Shown here in pieces: positions 43,109-53,169 of a stretch of 58,198 nucleotides of DNA. The DNA comes from an uncultured Desulfovibrionaceae bacterium. GTDB taxonomy: Bacteria; Desulfobacterota; Desulfovibrionia; Desulfovibrionales; Desulfovibrionaceae. A program made the translations under genes and the position numbers. The DNA lies in the NCBI GenBank assembly GCA_949297645.1, contig CASFUJ010000001.1:1-58198 (forward strand). Direction: 5' to 3'. Numbering within the stretch: position 1 is the stretch's first letter; every line of letters starts with the position of its first letter. The notes under the pieces were generated by a model that was given only the letters and a program-made list of their open reading frames with translations, was not told where the DNA came from and searched no databases.

Positions 43109-43540
43109 TCAGTTTGCTGTACTGTGGCGGATGGCATCCACGCCGAGCAGGTAGCAGTCCTTACCGAAACCGGCGATGACACCCGTGGCGTTACGCCCCG
43201 GAATGGTGGGCTCTCCCGTCTTATGAATATTGACAAGGTGCACTTCCACGCTGGGAATGGGCAGGGAGGCAAGCGTCACACGAATGGCATGGCTGTACTG
43301 GGTGAACGGTCCGGGGTTGATGATGATACCGTCATACACGCCGTCGGCTTCCTGAAGCTTATCGACGATCTGACCTTCGTGGTTGCTCTGAAAATGGTCG
43401 AGCTGGAAACCGCACTTTTCTGCATAGGCGCGAACATATTCCACAATCTCCTCCAGAGTCGTCTCCCCCTCGCCGAACGAGGGCGCCCTCTTGTGCATGC
43501 GGTTGAGGTTTGCACCGTTGATAAGAAGAATCTTCTTCAT
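43109..43540 (-). CDS. Type II dehydroquinase (AroQ)-fold protein with degenerate active site
   Basis: ILLINGANLN, FQSNHEGQIVD, GIIINPG, VEVHLVNIH, GVIAGFG; several catalytic residues differ (see findings). Confidence 0.8.
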   Translation of the reverse strand: MKKILLINGANLNRMHKRAPSFGEGETTLEEIVEYVRAYAEKCGFQLDHFQSNHEGQIVDKLQEADGVYDGIIINPGPFTQYSHAIRVTLASLPIPSVEVHLVNIHKTGEPTIPGRNATGVIAGFGKDCYLLGVDAIRHSTAN

Positions 43541-43600
43541 GCCGCCTCCTTCTGTTTGACCCAAACACCTATTCGTAACGAAATGACAGGAAAGCTAACT

Positions 43601-43849
43601 TTCAAATATGGAATTTATTTCCATACTATTGCTAAAATCGCACTTCCAAACATTCCGTTCGCCTCTTATAGTTGAAACTTAGTTCAATATTTGGAAGTAG
43701 CTACACAATACACGCTCCTACTAAAAGTGTCAATAACCAGGAAAGAAAACTTTCTTTACGGTTATGATTTTGCACTGTTAAGATGACTTGAGAACAAGGC
43801 CGGAACGATTAGTAAAATTCTCACAAACACCCATTATTCCATATTTGAA
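43601..43849. promoter_or_regulatory. Three candidate IclR operators
   Basis: TTCAAATATGGAA (43601-13), its exact reverse complement TTCCATATTTGAA (43837-49), and TTCAATATTTGGAA (43683-96). Confidence 0.65.
43705..43733 (-). promoter_or_regulatory. Sigma-70 promoter of the sugar-acid operon
   Basis: Minus strand TTGACA-N17-TATTGT. Confidence 0.7.
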
Positions 43850-43939
43850 AATTTATTTTATTTTTTTATCTCTGCTGGATTTCTTCTTTTTCCCCTCATC
43901 TCCCCCCCCCGAAACCTTCTTCAGGATATGCACCATACC

Positions 43940-43984
43940 AAAAAACGACGCCGGCTTTCCTTACTTAATAAGGAAAAGCCGGGC
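43940..43984 (-). terminator. Terminator of the IclR gene
   Basis: CCGGCTTTCCTTA..TAAGGAAAAGCCGG stem with A6 tract on its left. Confidence 0.6.
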
Positions 43985-44003
43985 GCCGCGTCTTCGAAAC
44001 TTC

Positions 44004-44762
44004 CTAGTTGCTCTGGTATCCGAGCGCCTCCGACATTTCCTGGGCATACCGCTTGACCAGAGCAATGATTCGCTCCGGCTCTCCGGGAATCTCAAATTCA
44101 AAGTAGGGGCATGCCATACTCACCGCCGCGACGTTCACCTTCTGATAGTCGAAGATGGGCGCTGAAAAACAATGGATACCTCGTGTGGATTCCTCATGCT
44201 CCGAGGCATAGCCGTCAATGAGCACCTGCTCAAGCTGCTTTTCGAGAATACTGCGCTGCGTAATGGTGCGATCCGTCAGAGGGCGAAGGTCCGCGGAAAG
44301 CAATCTGTCCCTTTTTTTCTGAGGAGTATAGGCCAGAAGCACCTTCCCCATGGCCGTGCAGTGCAGAGGAAACGGCGCGCCTATCTGGGAAAGCAGCTTG
44401 ATGGCATTGTTATGGGAATAAAGCACATCCAGAAACATGCCGCAATCCTTGTTCATCACGCCGAGATTGCAGGTTTTGTTGCTCTCCTCCCGCAGGCGCT
44501 CAAGATAGGGATGCAGAATCTTCGACATGTTGTTTTCCCGGGTCACACTGGCGCCGATTCCGGCCAGTTTCATACTCACATGGTACTTTCTTGTTTCTTC
44601 ATCAAAATTCAGATAGTTTAATTCCGCAAGCTCCTTGAGCACCCGGAAGCAGCTGCTGGCCGGAAAACCCGTATAGCTCAGGATTTGCGGATAGGTTACT
44701 CCCTTGGCCTGATTGGCGGCAACGAACTCCAGAATTTCCAGTCCCCGTGACAGCGAACTCAT
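44004..44762 (-). CDS. IclR-family transcriptional regulator (KdgR-like)
   Basis: SLSRGLEILE HTH, PLHCTAMGKVLLA, CFSAPIFD. Confidence 0.93.
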   Translation of the reverse strand: MSSLSRGLEILEFVAANQAKGVTYPQILSYTGFPASSCFRVLKELAELNYLNFDEETRKYHVSMKLAGIGASVTRENNMSKILHPYLERLREESNKTCNLGVMNKDCGMFLDVLYSHNNAIKLLSQIGAPFPLHCTAMGKVLLAYTPQKKRDRLLSADLRPLTDRTITQRSILEKQLEQVLIDGYASEHEESTRGIHCFSAPIFDYQKVNVAAVSMACPYFEFEIPGEPERIIALVKRYAQEMSEALGYQSN

Positions 44763-44883
44763 AGCTTTCCTTTCCTTAAAATACTACTTTTCCGACATCG
44801 GCCGTATGCGGTACGCAGTCCCGAAAAGCCGGGCCTCAATCGGAAGCCTGTACTTTTTCCCGCGGGACCTCGCCCTCCCGTCC

Positions 44884-44947
44884 TTCCAATATAGAAAGTA
44901 ACTTCTACTATTAGAAGTTAAGTAGCCGCATTTTACAAGACAGTCAA
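44884..44947 (-). promoter_or_regulatory. IclR gene promoter with tandem operator-like palindromes
   Basis: TTCCAATATAGAA (44884-96) and ACTTCTA-CTAT-TAGAAGT (44901-18) just downstream of minus-strand TTGACT-N17-TACTTA. Confidence 0.55.
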
Positions 44948-45306
44948 TAGCGCCGTACCCAAACGGACGCAGTCGGAACGGGGCGGGGGCTTACCTGCCT
45001 TCTTTGCCGCACGACCGCCTTTTATCCGCTCTCTTCCCGTTCTGAAAGCAATTCACTTTTCTTTTTTACATACATGGAATTGTCTGCCAAAAGGACATGT
45101 TACTGTGTTCGGACATTATTTTTTTCCTGATGCCGGCAGGCTGTAATGGTCCTTTCCGACTTCTGCCGGGGAAAAAAAACAGAAAAAAGGATTCACCTTT
45201 AATATCAAAAACCCCTTGCCTTGCTTGTGGTTTTCCCATTATGATAATATCGTAAAAATTGTAGCCGTACCTTCTGACTTCTATAATCCTTTGGGGAGGG
45301 GATGTC

Positions 45307-46692
45307 ATGATCAGTCCGAATCTAGTCAAAGACCTGAGTGCTCTGCTGGGTGCAGAAAACGTCTTCACCAGCGAAGCCGACCGGCAGTGCTACTCCTACG
45401 ACAGCGCCGTACTTCCGCCAAAGGTACCGGCGCTGGTTCTTCGTCCTACCCAGACGGAACAGATAGGCGAAGTCATCCGCCTGTGCTATGAGGCGGGCCT
45501 TGCCATCACCGTGCGCGGCGCAGGCTCCAACCTTTCCGGCGGCACCGTGCCCGACACCGTGGACAGCGCCGTCATCCTCACCAACAGTCTGCAGAAGATT
45601 CTCGAAATCAATTCCGAAGACCTCTATGCCGTGGTGCAGCCCGGCGTGGTCACCGCCCAGTTCGCCGCCGCCGTGGAGGCGCAGGGACTCTTCTATCCGC
45701 CCGACCCGGGCTCCATGTCCGTTTCCACGCTGGCCGGCAACATCGCCGAGAACGCCGGCGGTCTGCGCGGCCTGAAATACGGCGTCACCAAGGACTATGT
45801 CATGGGACTGGAGTTCTATGACTATGAAGGCAATCTGGTGAAAACCGGCTCCCGCACCGTCAAGTGCGTGACCGGCTTCAACCTGGCCGGACTCATGGTG
45901 GGCTCCGAAGGTACCATGGGCGTCATCAGCAAGGCCATCCTCAAGCTGGTACCGCCGCCCCGCGCCTCCCGCGCCATCACCGCGGAATTTGCCGATGTTC
46001 AGGATGCCGCCGACGCCGTGGCCGCCATGATTGCCGCTCATGTGGTGCCCTGCACGCTGGAGCTGCTCGACCAGGCCACGCTGAAGTATGTGGAAGCCGA
46101 CCAGAACATCGGCCTGCCCGTGGACGCGGCCGCCATGCTGCTCATCGAGGTGGACGGCCATCCCGGTCAGGTGGCCGACGAAGCCGCCATCGTGGAAGAA
46201 GTGCTCAAGAAGTGCAACGCCACGGGTATCCATATTCCCAAGGACGCCGAAGAAAAGAACAAGCTGTGGGCGGCCCGCCGCAACGCCCTGCCCGCTCTTG
46301 CCCGCGCCCGTCCCACCTGCGTGCTGGAGGACGCCACCGTTCCCCGCTCCCAGATTCCGGCCATGATCAAAAACCTCAACGAAATCGCGGCGAAGTACAA
46401 TCTGAATATGGGCACCTTCGGCCACGCGGGCGACGGCAACCTGCATCCCACCATCCTCTGCGACAAACGCGACAAGGAAGAATTCGCCCGCGTGGAAGCC
46501 GCCGTCGATGAAATCTTCGACGTGGCCCTCAAGCTCGGCGGCACCCTTTCCGGCGAACACGGCATAGGCACCGCCAAGGCCAAGTGGATGGAAAAGGAAA
46601 CCAGTAAAGGCACCATTCTCTTCTCTCAGCGCATGCGCCGTGCCATCGACCCCAAGGGCCTGTTCAACGCCTGCAAAATCACGGGGATTTAA
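45307..46692 (+). CDS. glcD: FAD-linked oxidase, D-lactate/glycolate dehydrogenase flavin subunit
   Basis: FYPPDPGS, NAGGLRGLKYG, GHAGDGNLHP, LSGEHGIG. Confidence 0.9.
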   Translation: MISPNLVKDLSALLGAENVFTSEADRQCYSYDSAVLPPKVPALVLRPTQTEQIGEVIRLCYEAGLAITVRGAGSNLSGGTVPDTVDSAVILTNSLQKILEINSEDLYAVVQPGVVTAQFAAAVEAQGLFYPPDPGSMSVSTLAGNIAENAGGLRGLKYGVTKDYVMGLEFYDYEGNLVKTGSRTVKCVTGFNLAGLMVGSEGTMGVISKAILKLVPPPRASRAITAEFADVQDAADAVAAMIAAHVVPCTLELLDQATLKYVEADQNIGLPVDAAAMLLIEVDGHPGQVADEAAIVEEVLKKCNATGIHIPKDAEEKNKLWAARRNALPALARARPTCVLEDATVPRSQIPAMIKNLNEIAAKYNLNMGTFGHAGDGNLHPTILCDKRDKEEFARVEAAVDEIFDVALKLGGTLSGEHGIGTAKAKWMEKETSKGTILFSQRMRRAIDPKGLFNACKITGI

Positions 46693-46694
46693 TC

Positions 46695-48005
46695 ATGAGC
46701 GACATCTCCCGTCTTGCACAGACACTGATGAAGCTGGACGACAGGCTGGCCGACTGCATGCGCTGCGGCCTGTGCCAGGCCGTCTGCCCGGTGTTCGGCG
46801 TAACCTACAAGGAAGCCGACGTGAGCCGCGGCAAGCTGGCCCTGCTCGACAACCTTGCCCACAAGATGATTGAAGACGCGGACGCCGTGGAAGAAAAGCT
46901 GAACCGCTGCCTTCTGTGCGGTTCCTGTCAGGCCAACTGTCCTTCCGGCGTGTCCATTCTGGAAATCTTCGTGGAAGCCCGTCAGGCCCTTGTGGACTAC
47001 CGCGGGCTCAATCCCATCAAGAAATTCGTGTTCCGCGAACTGCTCGCCCATCCGCAGCTCTTCAGCGCCATGATGCGCAGCGCCGCCCCCTTCCAGGGAC
47101 TGGTCATGCGTAAAAAGGGTGAAAATACCTACGACATGCCGCTGTTCAAGAAACTCATCGGCTCGCGCCACATCGCCAGGCTTCCGGCAAAATCGCTCCA
47201 CGCCAAGTACGGCGACCTGCGCACCGACGACCAGACGGGCATTCGTGTGCTGTTCTTTGCCGGCTGCATGGCCGACAAATACTACACCCGGCTCGGCGAG
47301 GCGTGCCTCAAGGTACTCAAACATCACGGCGTGGGCGTGGTCATGCCCTCCAAGCTCACCTGCTGCGGCATTCCCGCTCTCGCCTCCGGCGACCGTACCG
47401 GCTTCGTGCTGGAAACGCGGAAGAATCTCGACGTCATCGGTCGCGAGCTTGCCCGCGGCAGCCTCCGGTACATCCTCACGCCCTGCGGTTCCTGCACCGC
47501 CACGCTGAAGGAATGGTGGCCGCACTTTGCCGCGGAGTTCTCGCCCGAACATCAGAAGACCATCGAGACCGTGGCCGAGCGCGTCATGGACATCAACGCC
47601 TTCCTGGTGGACGTTTTGCATGTGGATGAGATGGACAAGGGCCTGCGCGGCCCGGGTGAAGTCACCCGCGTGACCTTCCATGATTCCTGCCATCTGAAAA
47701 AGAGCCTCGGTGTGTCCGAACAGCCCCGCAAACTCATCCGTCAGAACCCCAACTACGAGCTGGTGGAAATGGCGGAGGCCGACCGCTGCTGCGGCTGCGG
47801 CGGCAGCTTCACGCTGTTCCACTACGACCTCTCGAAACAGATAGGCCAGCGCAAGCGCGACAACATCGTCCGCACCGGCGCGACCGCGGTGGCTACCGGC
47901 TGCCCGGCATGCATGCTTCAGCTTTCCGACATGCTCTCGCAGAACAAGGATGCGGTGCTCGTCAAGCATCCCATTGAAATTTATGCGGAAACGCTGCCCG
48001 ACTGA
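46695..48005 (+). CDS. glcF: Fe-S/CCG-domain subunit of D-lactate/glycolate dehydrogenase
   Basis: CMRCGLCQAVCP, CLLCGSCQANCP, two CCG domains. Confidence 0.88.
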   Translation: MSDISRLAQTLMKLDDRLADCMRCGLCQAVCPVFGVTYKEADVSRGKLALLDNLAHKMIEDADAVEEKLNRCLLCGSCQANCPSGVSILEIFVEARQALVDYRGLNPIKKFVFRELLAHPQLFSAMMRSAAPFQGLVMRKKGENTYDMPLFKKLIGSRHIARLPAKSLHAKYGDLRTDDQTGIRVLFFAGCMADKYYTRLGEACLKVLKHHGVGVVMPSKLTCCGIPALASGDRTGFVLETRKNLDVIGRELARGSLRYILTPCGSCTATLKEWWPHFAAEFSPEHQKTIETVAERVMDINAFLVDVLHVDEMDKGLRGPGEVTRVTFHDSCHLKKSLGVSEQPRKLIRQNPNYELVEMAEADRCCGCGGSFTLFHYDLSKQIGQRKRDNIVRTGATAVATGCPACMLQLSDMLSQNKDAVLVKHPIEIYAETLPD

Positions 48006-48090
48006 TACCGGCGGGAAGGCCCTGCCCTGCCGTGCCGGCCTTCCCGTCTCCCCACCGCATATTCCGGCGGAACAATGCCAAGGAGTAACA

Positions 48091-48717
48091 ATGACTCAGG
48101 AACAACTTGTTGAAGTGGTGAAAGCCAAGGCGCCTTCGATTCCCGCGTCTCTTTACGAGGCGAAGGATTTTGCGGATGCCATGCAGTACGCCGTGGACAT
48201 TACCGAAAAGAAGCGCCACTGCGAAATGCTGCTGCCCGAAGAAGGTCAGCAGTACGGCCCTGCCAGCGAAAACGGCTTCCCCACCCTTCTTGACCGCTTC
48301 ATCGCGGCCCCCGGCCTTTCCGATGAAGAGTACGCCGTGCTGGAAGAAAAAACGGCGGGCACGGACATCACGCTGCTGCGCTCCGGTCTGCGCGATCATA
48401 TGGGCGGTTTCGACACCAGCATCACCTGGGCGGACGGCCTCGTGGCCGACACCGTGACGTGCGTGGTCAACTCCAACAGCGAAGAAGTGCGCCTCGGCAC
48501 CATGGTGGCCGAAGTGTCCGTCATGCTGGTGCGCAAGTCCACCCTCCTCGACAAGCTGGAAGACGCCAACGACCTCATGCTCGACCTTCTCAACCGCGGC
48601 GGAGCTTCCTACACGGCCTTCATCACCGGTCCCAGCCGTACGGCTGATATCGAACGCGTGGGCGCCCTCGGCGTGCACGGTCCCCTCGAACTTCATATCG
48701 TGCTGCTGGAGGACTAA
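48091..48717 (+). CDS. lutC: L-lactate utilization LUD-domain subunit (LutC/LldG)
   Basis: FITGPSRTADIERVGALGVHGP. Confidence 0.88.
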   Translation: MTQEQLVEVVKAKAPSIPASLYEAKDFADAMQYAVDITEKKRHCEMLLPEEGQQYGPASENGFPTLLDRFIAAPGLSDEEYAVLEEKTAGTDITLLRSGLRDHMGGFDTSITWADGLVADTVTCVVNSNSEEVRLGTMVAEVSVMLVRKSTLLDKLEDANDLMLDLLNRGGASYTAFITGPSRTADIERVGALGVHGPLELHIVLLED

Positions 48718-48720
48718 GAC

Positions 48721-50871
48721 ATGGCCGATGTCAAAAACATGAAGGAATATCACGGGCAGATTCAGGAAGCGCTGGACGACAAGTTCCTCCGCGCCACGCT
48801 GGACAAGTTCGCCGTCGAATACAAGGCCAACCGCGTCCGTATCTTTGACGGCATGGACGTGGACAAGCTCGTCAGCGAAGTGGCCGACATCAAGGACGAT
48901 GCCGCCCAGCACATGATGGAGCTTTTCGCCCAGTTCAAGGAACAGGCCGAAAAGCGCGGCGTGCATGTGCACCTCGCATCCACCGGGGCCGAGGCCAACC
49001 GCATCATCGCCAAGATTGCCAAAGAGAACAACTGCCACAACATCATCAAGTCCAAGTCCATGACGGCGGAGGAAATCCACCTCAACGGAGCTCTTGAGAA
49101 GGAAGGCTTCCGCGTGGTGGAAACCGACCTCGGTGAATGGATCATCCAGCTGCGCCATGAAGGCCCCTCCCACATGGTCATGCCCGCCATCCACCTGTCC
49201 CGCTATCAGGTGGCCGACCTGTTCACCGACGTGACCCATGTGCAGCAGGACAGGGAAGACATCCAGAAACTCGTGAAGGTGGCCCGCAAGGAACTGCGCA
49301 GTGAATACGTCGAGGCCGACATGGGCATTTCCGGCGCGAACTTCGCCGTTGCCGAAGCCGGTCTCATCGGCACGGTGACCAACGAAGGCAACCTGCGCCT
49401 CGTGACCACCATGCCCCGCGTGCATGTGGTGCTCGCCGGTCTTGAAAAACTCATCCCCACCGTGGCCGACGCGCTGAAGGTACTGCAGGTACTGCCCAGA
49501 AACGCCACCGCACAGGCCATCACCTCCTACATCACCTGGATAGCCGGCGCCAATGAATGTGCCGTCGGCCCCGACGGCCGCAAGGAAATGCACATCGTCT
49601 TCCTTGACAACGGCCGCCTCAAGATTGCCCAGGATCCGGCCTTCAAGGACATCCTGCGCTGCGTGCGCTGCGGCGCGTGCGCCAACGTCTGCCCCGTGTA
49701 CCGTCTCATCGGCGGCCACAAGATGGGTTACGTCTATATCGGCGCCGTGGGTCTCGCCCTCACCTATCTGTACCACGGTGCGGACAAGGCGCGCGCTCTC
49801 GTGCAGAACTGCATCGGCTGCGAATCGTGCAAGAACGTGTGCTCCGCCGGCATCAATCTGCCGCGCATCACCCGTGAAATCCGTTCCCGCATCATCAAGA
49901 CCGAGGGCAACAACGCCGCCGGCTCCGTGATGAGCATGGTGATGAAGGACCGCGAACGCTTCCACAGCCTGCTCAAGTTCATCAAGTTCTCGCAGAAGCC
50001 CCTCACCGTGAAGGGCGGCAAGTTCATCCGTCACCTGCCCGCGGTGCTCATGGGCGGCGACCAGAGCTTCCGTCAGCTTCCCGCGCTGGCGCCCAAGTCC
50101 TTCCGGCAGCTGTTCAAGAAAGTGGTGAACAACCCCGCCAATCCCAAGTTCCGCGTGGCGCTCTTCTCCGGCTGCGCTCAGGACTTCGTGTATCCCGAAC
50201 AGCTCGTGGCCGCGGTGCGCGTGCTCAACAGGCACGGCGTGCATGTGGAATTCCCGCTCAAACAGACCTGCTGCGGCCTGCCGCTGGAAATGATGGGCCA
50301 GAGAGACACCAGCCTGCAGGTGTGCTCGCAGAACGTGAACGCCTTCGAACCCGGCAAGTACGACGCCATCCTCACCCTGTGCGCCTCCTGCGCCGGACAC
50401 CTCAAGCACGCCTATCCCGAGCTTCTGAAGGGCACCCCGGACATGTACCGCGGCGGCATCTTCGCGTCGAAGGTGATGGACTTCACCTCCTTCGTCTATA
50501 ACAAGCTCGGCCTGCGTGAAGGAGACTTCAACAAGTCCTCCGACAAGGTCACCTACCATTCTCCCTGCCACATGCGGAACATGGGCATTACCGAAGAGCC
50601 CCGCGCGCTGCTGAACATGGCCGCCGACTATGTGCCTGCGGTCGAAGAGGACGTATGCTGCGGCTTCGGCGGCACCTTCTCGGTGAAGTTCCCCGAACTC
50701 TCCGCGGAAATCGGCCGGAAGAAGCTGCATAACAGCGAGGATACCGGCGCTGCCATCGTCGTGACCGACTGCCCCGGCTGCGTCATGCAGATTCGCGGCG
50801 TTGCCACGGCCAACGACTCGCCCATCAAAGTCGAACACATGTCCGAGCTGCTCGCCCGCACCATGAAGTAA
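48721..50871 (+). CDS. L-lactate dehydrogenase large subunit (LutB-LutA fusion, LldH/LdhH type)
   Basis: KSKSMTAEE, ETDLGEWIIQL..PSHMVMPAIH, CVRCGACANVCP, C-terminal CCG domains. Confidence 0.92.
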   Translation: MADVKNMKEYHGQIQEALDDKFLRATLDKFAVEYKANRVRIFDGMDVDKLVSEVADIKDDAAQHMMELFAQFKEQAEKRGVHVHLASTGAEANRIIAKIAKENNCHNIIKSKSMTAEEIHLNGALEKEGFRVVETDLGEWIIQLRHEGPSHMVMPAIHLSRYQVADLFTDVTHVQQDREDIQKLVKVARKELRSEYVEADMGISGANFAVAEAGLIGTVTNEGNLRLVTTMPRVHVVLAGLEKLIPTVADALKVLQVLPRNATAQAITSYITWIAGANECAVGPDGRKEMHIVFLDNGRLKIAQDPAFKDILRCVRCGACANVCPVYRLIGGHKMGYVYIGAVGLALTYLYHGADKARALVQNCIGCESCKNVCSAGINLPRITREIRSRIIKTEGNNAAGSVMSMVMKDRERFHSLLKFIKFSQKPLTVKGGKFIRHLPAVLMGGDQSFRQLPALAPKSFRQLFKKVVNNPANPKFRVALFSGCAQDFVYPEQLVAAVRVLNRHGVHVEFPLKQTCCGLPLEMMGQRDTSLQVCSQNVNAFEPGKYDAILTLCASCAGHLKHAYPELLKGTPDMYRGGIFASKVMDFTSFVYNKLGLREGDFNKSSDKVTYHSPCHMRNMGITEEPRALLNMAADYVPAVEEDVCCGFGGTFSVKFPELSAEIGRKKLHNSEDTGAAIVVTDCPGCVMQIRGVATANDSPIKVEHMSELLARTMK

Positions 50872-51135
50872 CAGCAAAACGACGCGGCCCCGCCACAGGG
50901 CGGGGCCGTACCCGCCCTTTCCGACAACTGCATCGCGGAAAGAAAACGTCTTCCGGCATCCAGGGGATCGGAAGATAAAAATACCCCATACCTGTTTCCC
51001 CGGCACGGAAACAGGCGGGCGGAAACCTTTCCCGCAGCGGAAGGCTCCCGCTCCTCTGCCGGAGCACGGCAGAGCCAGAACATCCATCCTTTCTCCATCA
51101 GCCCGTTTACCTTCTTACCGTCAGAGGAGAGCAAT

Positions 51136-52824
51136 ATGAACATCGAACTGCTGGCACTCTTCGCCGTCGCGCCGCTTCTGGTCGCGCTGATACTCATGGC
51201 CGGCCTGCGCTGGTCGTCCATGCGCGCCATGCCGCTGGCCTGGGCTACGGGCGCCGTTCTCGCCATCATCGTATGGCAGTTGCCCATCATCCGCGTGATA
51301 GCCCTCACGCTGGAAGGCTTCATCACTGCCGCAGGCGTGCTCATCATCGTGTTCGGCGCGCTGCTTATCTACTACACGCTGACCTACAGCGGCGCCATGG
51401 AAACCATCCAGGCTGGCATGAAAAAAATCAGCCCCGACCGCCGCGTGCAGACCATCATCATCGGCTTCATGTTCGCCGCCTTCATTGAAGGCGCGGCCGG
51501 CTTCGGCACCCCCGCCGCTCTTGCCGCCCCGCTGCTGCTCGGCCTCGGCTTCCCTCCCCTCTGCGCCGCCGTCATCTGCCTTGCCTTCAACAGCATTCCC
51601 GTGACCTTCGGCGCCGTGGGCACTCCCGTGCTTCAGGGCTTCAAATCCATTGAGGCTCTCGGCATGGCCGCCCTGAACACCGGCGACCCCGCCCTCGTCT
51701 ATAAGACCATCGGCGAATACGTCACCCTCATGCACCTGCCCATGCTCTTCATCCTGCCCATCTTCCTGCTGGGCTTCATGACGCGCTTCTACGGCAAGAA
51801 CAAGTCCTGGGCTGAAGGCTTCGCCGCGTGGAAGTACTGCCTCCTCGCTTCCGTCTGCTTCGGCGTGCCCTATCTCATTCTCGCCTGGGTGGTCGGTCCC
51901 GAACTGCCCTCCCTGCTCGGCGGCATCATCGGCCTCGGCGTTCTCGTGAAGCTCACCCAGAAGGGTATCTGCGTGCCCGAAGGCACCTGGGACTTCGACT
52001 CCAGCGACAAGTGGGACCCTGACTGGATTGGCGAAATCAAGCCCTCCGACGTGACCGAATACAAGGAACACATGAGCCAGATGATGGCCTGGCTGCCCTA
52101 TGTGCTGTGCGGCCTCATCCTCGTGGTGACCCGCGTGCCCGTCTTCCAGCTCAAGCCCGTCGTCACCGACCCCATGTTCAACATCGGCGCTTCCAACATT
52201 CTCGGTCAGGAAGGCGTGGGCTCGTACATCGCCCTCATGAACCTGCCCGGTACCGTGCCCTTCATCCTCGTTTCCATCATCACCATCTTCCTGCACGGTA
52301 TGCTGCGTGACGACGCCATCGGCACCAACAAGGTCAGCAAGGCCTGGTCCACCGCCTTCGCCAAGATGAAGGCCCCCACCATCTCCCTGCTCGCCGCCGT
52401 GGCCCTCGTGTCCATCTTCAAGGGCACGGGCGTCAGCGAAGCCACCAACCATGTCTCCATGCCCATGGCCCTGGCCCAGTGCCTGGCCGACCTCGCCGGC
52501 GGCGCATGGCCCGCTCTCGCCTCCTATGTGGGCGGCCTCGGCGCGTTCATCACCGGCTCCAACACCGTGTCCGACATGCTCTTCGCCAACTTCCAGTGGG
52601 ATATGGCCAGAACCCTCGGCTACACCGTGCCCCAGCACTTCATCATCATCGCCGCTCAGGGCGCCGGCGGCGCCATGGGCAACATGATCTGCATCCATAA
52701 CATCGTGGCCGCCTGCGCCGTGCTCGGCCTCATCGGCAAGGAAGGCGACATCCTGCGCCGTACCGTCAGCCCCTTCATTCTGTACGGTGTCGCCGTCGGT
52801 ATCGTGGCCTTCGCTCTCATGTAA
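51136..52824 (+). CDS. lldP: L-lactate permease
   Basis: [42 protein letters not shown]. Confidence 0.93.
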   Translation: MNIELLALFAVAPLLVALILMAGLRWSSMRAMPLAWATGAVLAIIVWQLPIIRVIALTLEGFITAAGVLIIVFGALLIYYTLTYSGAMETIQAGMKKISPDRRVQTIIIGFMFAAFIEGAAGFGTPAALAAPLLLGLGFPPLCAAVICLAFNSIPVTFGAVGTPVLQGFKSIEALGMAALNTGDPALVYKTIGEYVTLMHLPMLFILPIFLLGFMTRFYGKNKSWAEGFAAWKYCLLASVCFGVPYLILAWVVGPELPSLLGGIIGLGVLVKLTQKGICVPEGTWDFDSSDKWDPDWIGEIKPSDVTEYKEHMSQMMAWLPYVLCGLILVVTRVPVFQLKPVVTDPMFNIGASNILGQEGVGSYIALMNLPGTVPFILVSIITIFLHGMLRDDAIGTNKVSKAWSTAFAKMKAPTISLLAAVALVSIFKGTGVSEATNHVSMPMALAQCLADLAGGAWPALASYVGGLGAFITGSNTVSDMLFANFQWDMARTLGYTVPQHFIIIAAQGAGGAMGNMICIHNIVAACAVLGLIGKEGDILRRTVSPFILYGVAVGIVAFALM

Positions 52825-52846
52825 GGCTCTTTTCTGACTGAACACG

Positions 52847-52874
52847 GGCCGCCCTCCGGGGCGGCCTTTTTTTT
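52847..52874 (+). terminator. Intrinsic terminator after the lactate permease gene
   Basis: GGCCGCCC-TCCG-GGGCGGCC followed by T8. Confidence 0.85.
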
Positions 52875-53169
52875 CGGCCCGCCTCCCCCGCAGAACGAAA
52901 CATGCTTTTCAACCGCAGCAAAACAGACACAACGCCCGCGCGGCCCTTCGTTGCGGCGTACCGAAGTGCCGTCCGGCGGGAAGACTCGCGCCCGCATGCG
53001 CCCTTCCCTGCGGAGACGGGCCGAAGCCCGGCAGAGGGACGCGGCAGCCCCTTTTTATGAAGGCGGCAAACACGTCCCGCCCCGAACCGGACGACGCCCC
53101 GCTTTTCTCCCGGGCCGGATGGGGATACCATGAAGAGCACCCGGCAAAGGGACGCATACGGGAGGCGAC

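Noticed and set aside
31156-43952. 13-bp direct repeat AAAAAACGACGCC at 31156 and 43940 as att sites
   Set aside because: Both copies form the A-tract and stem base of terminators, and the second would exclude the cognate regulator
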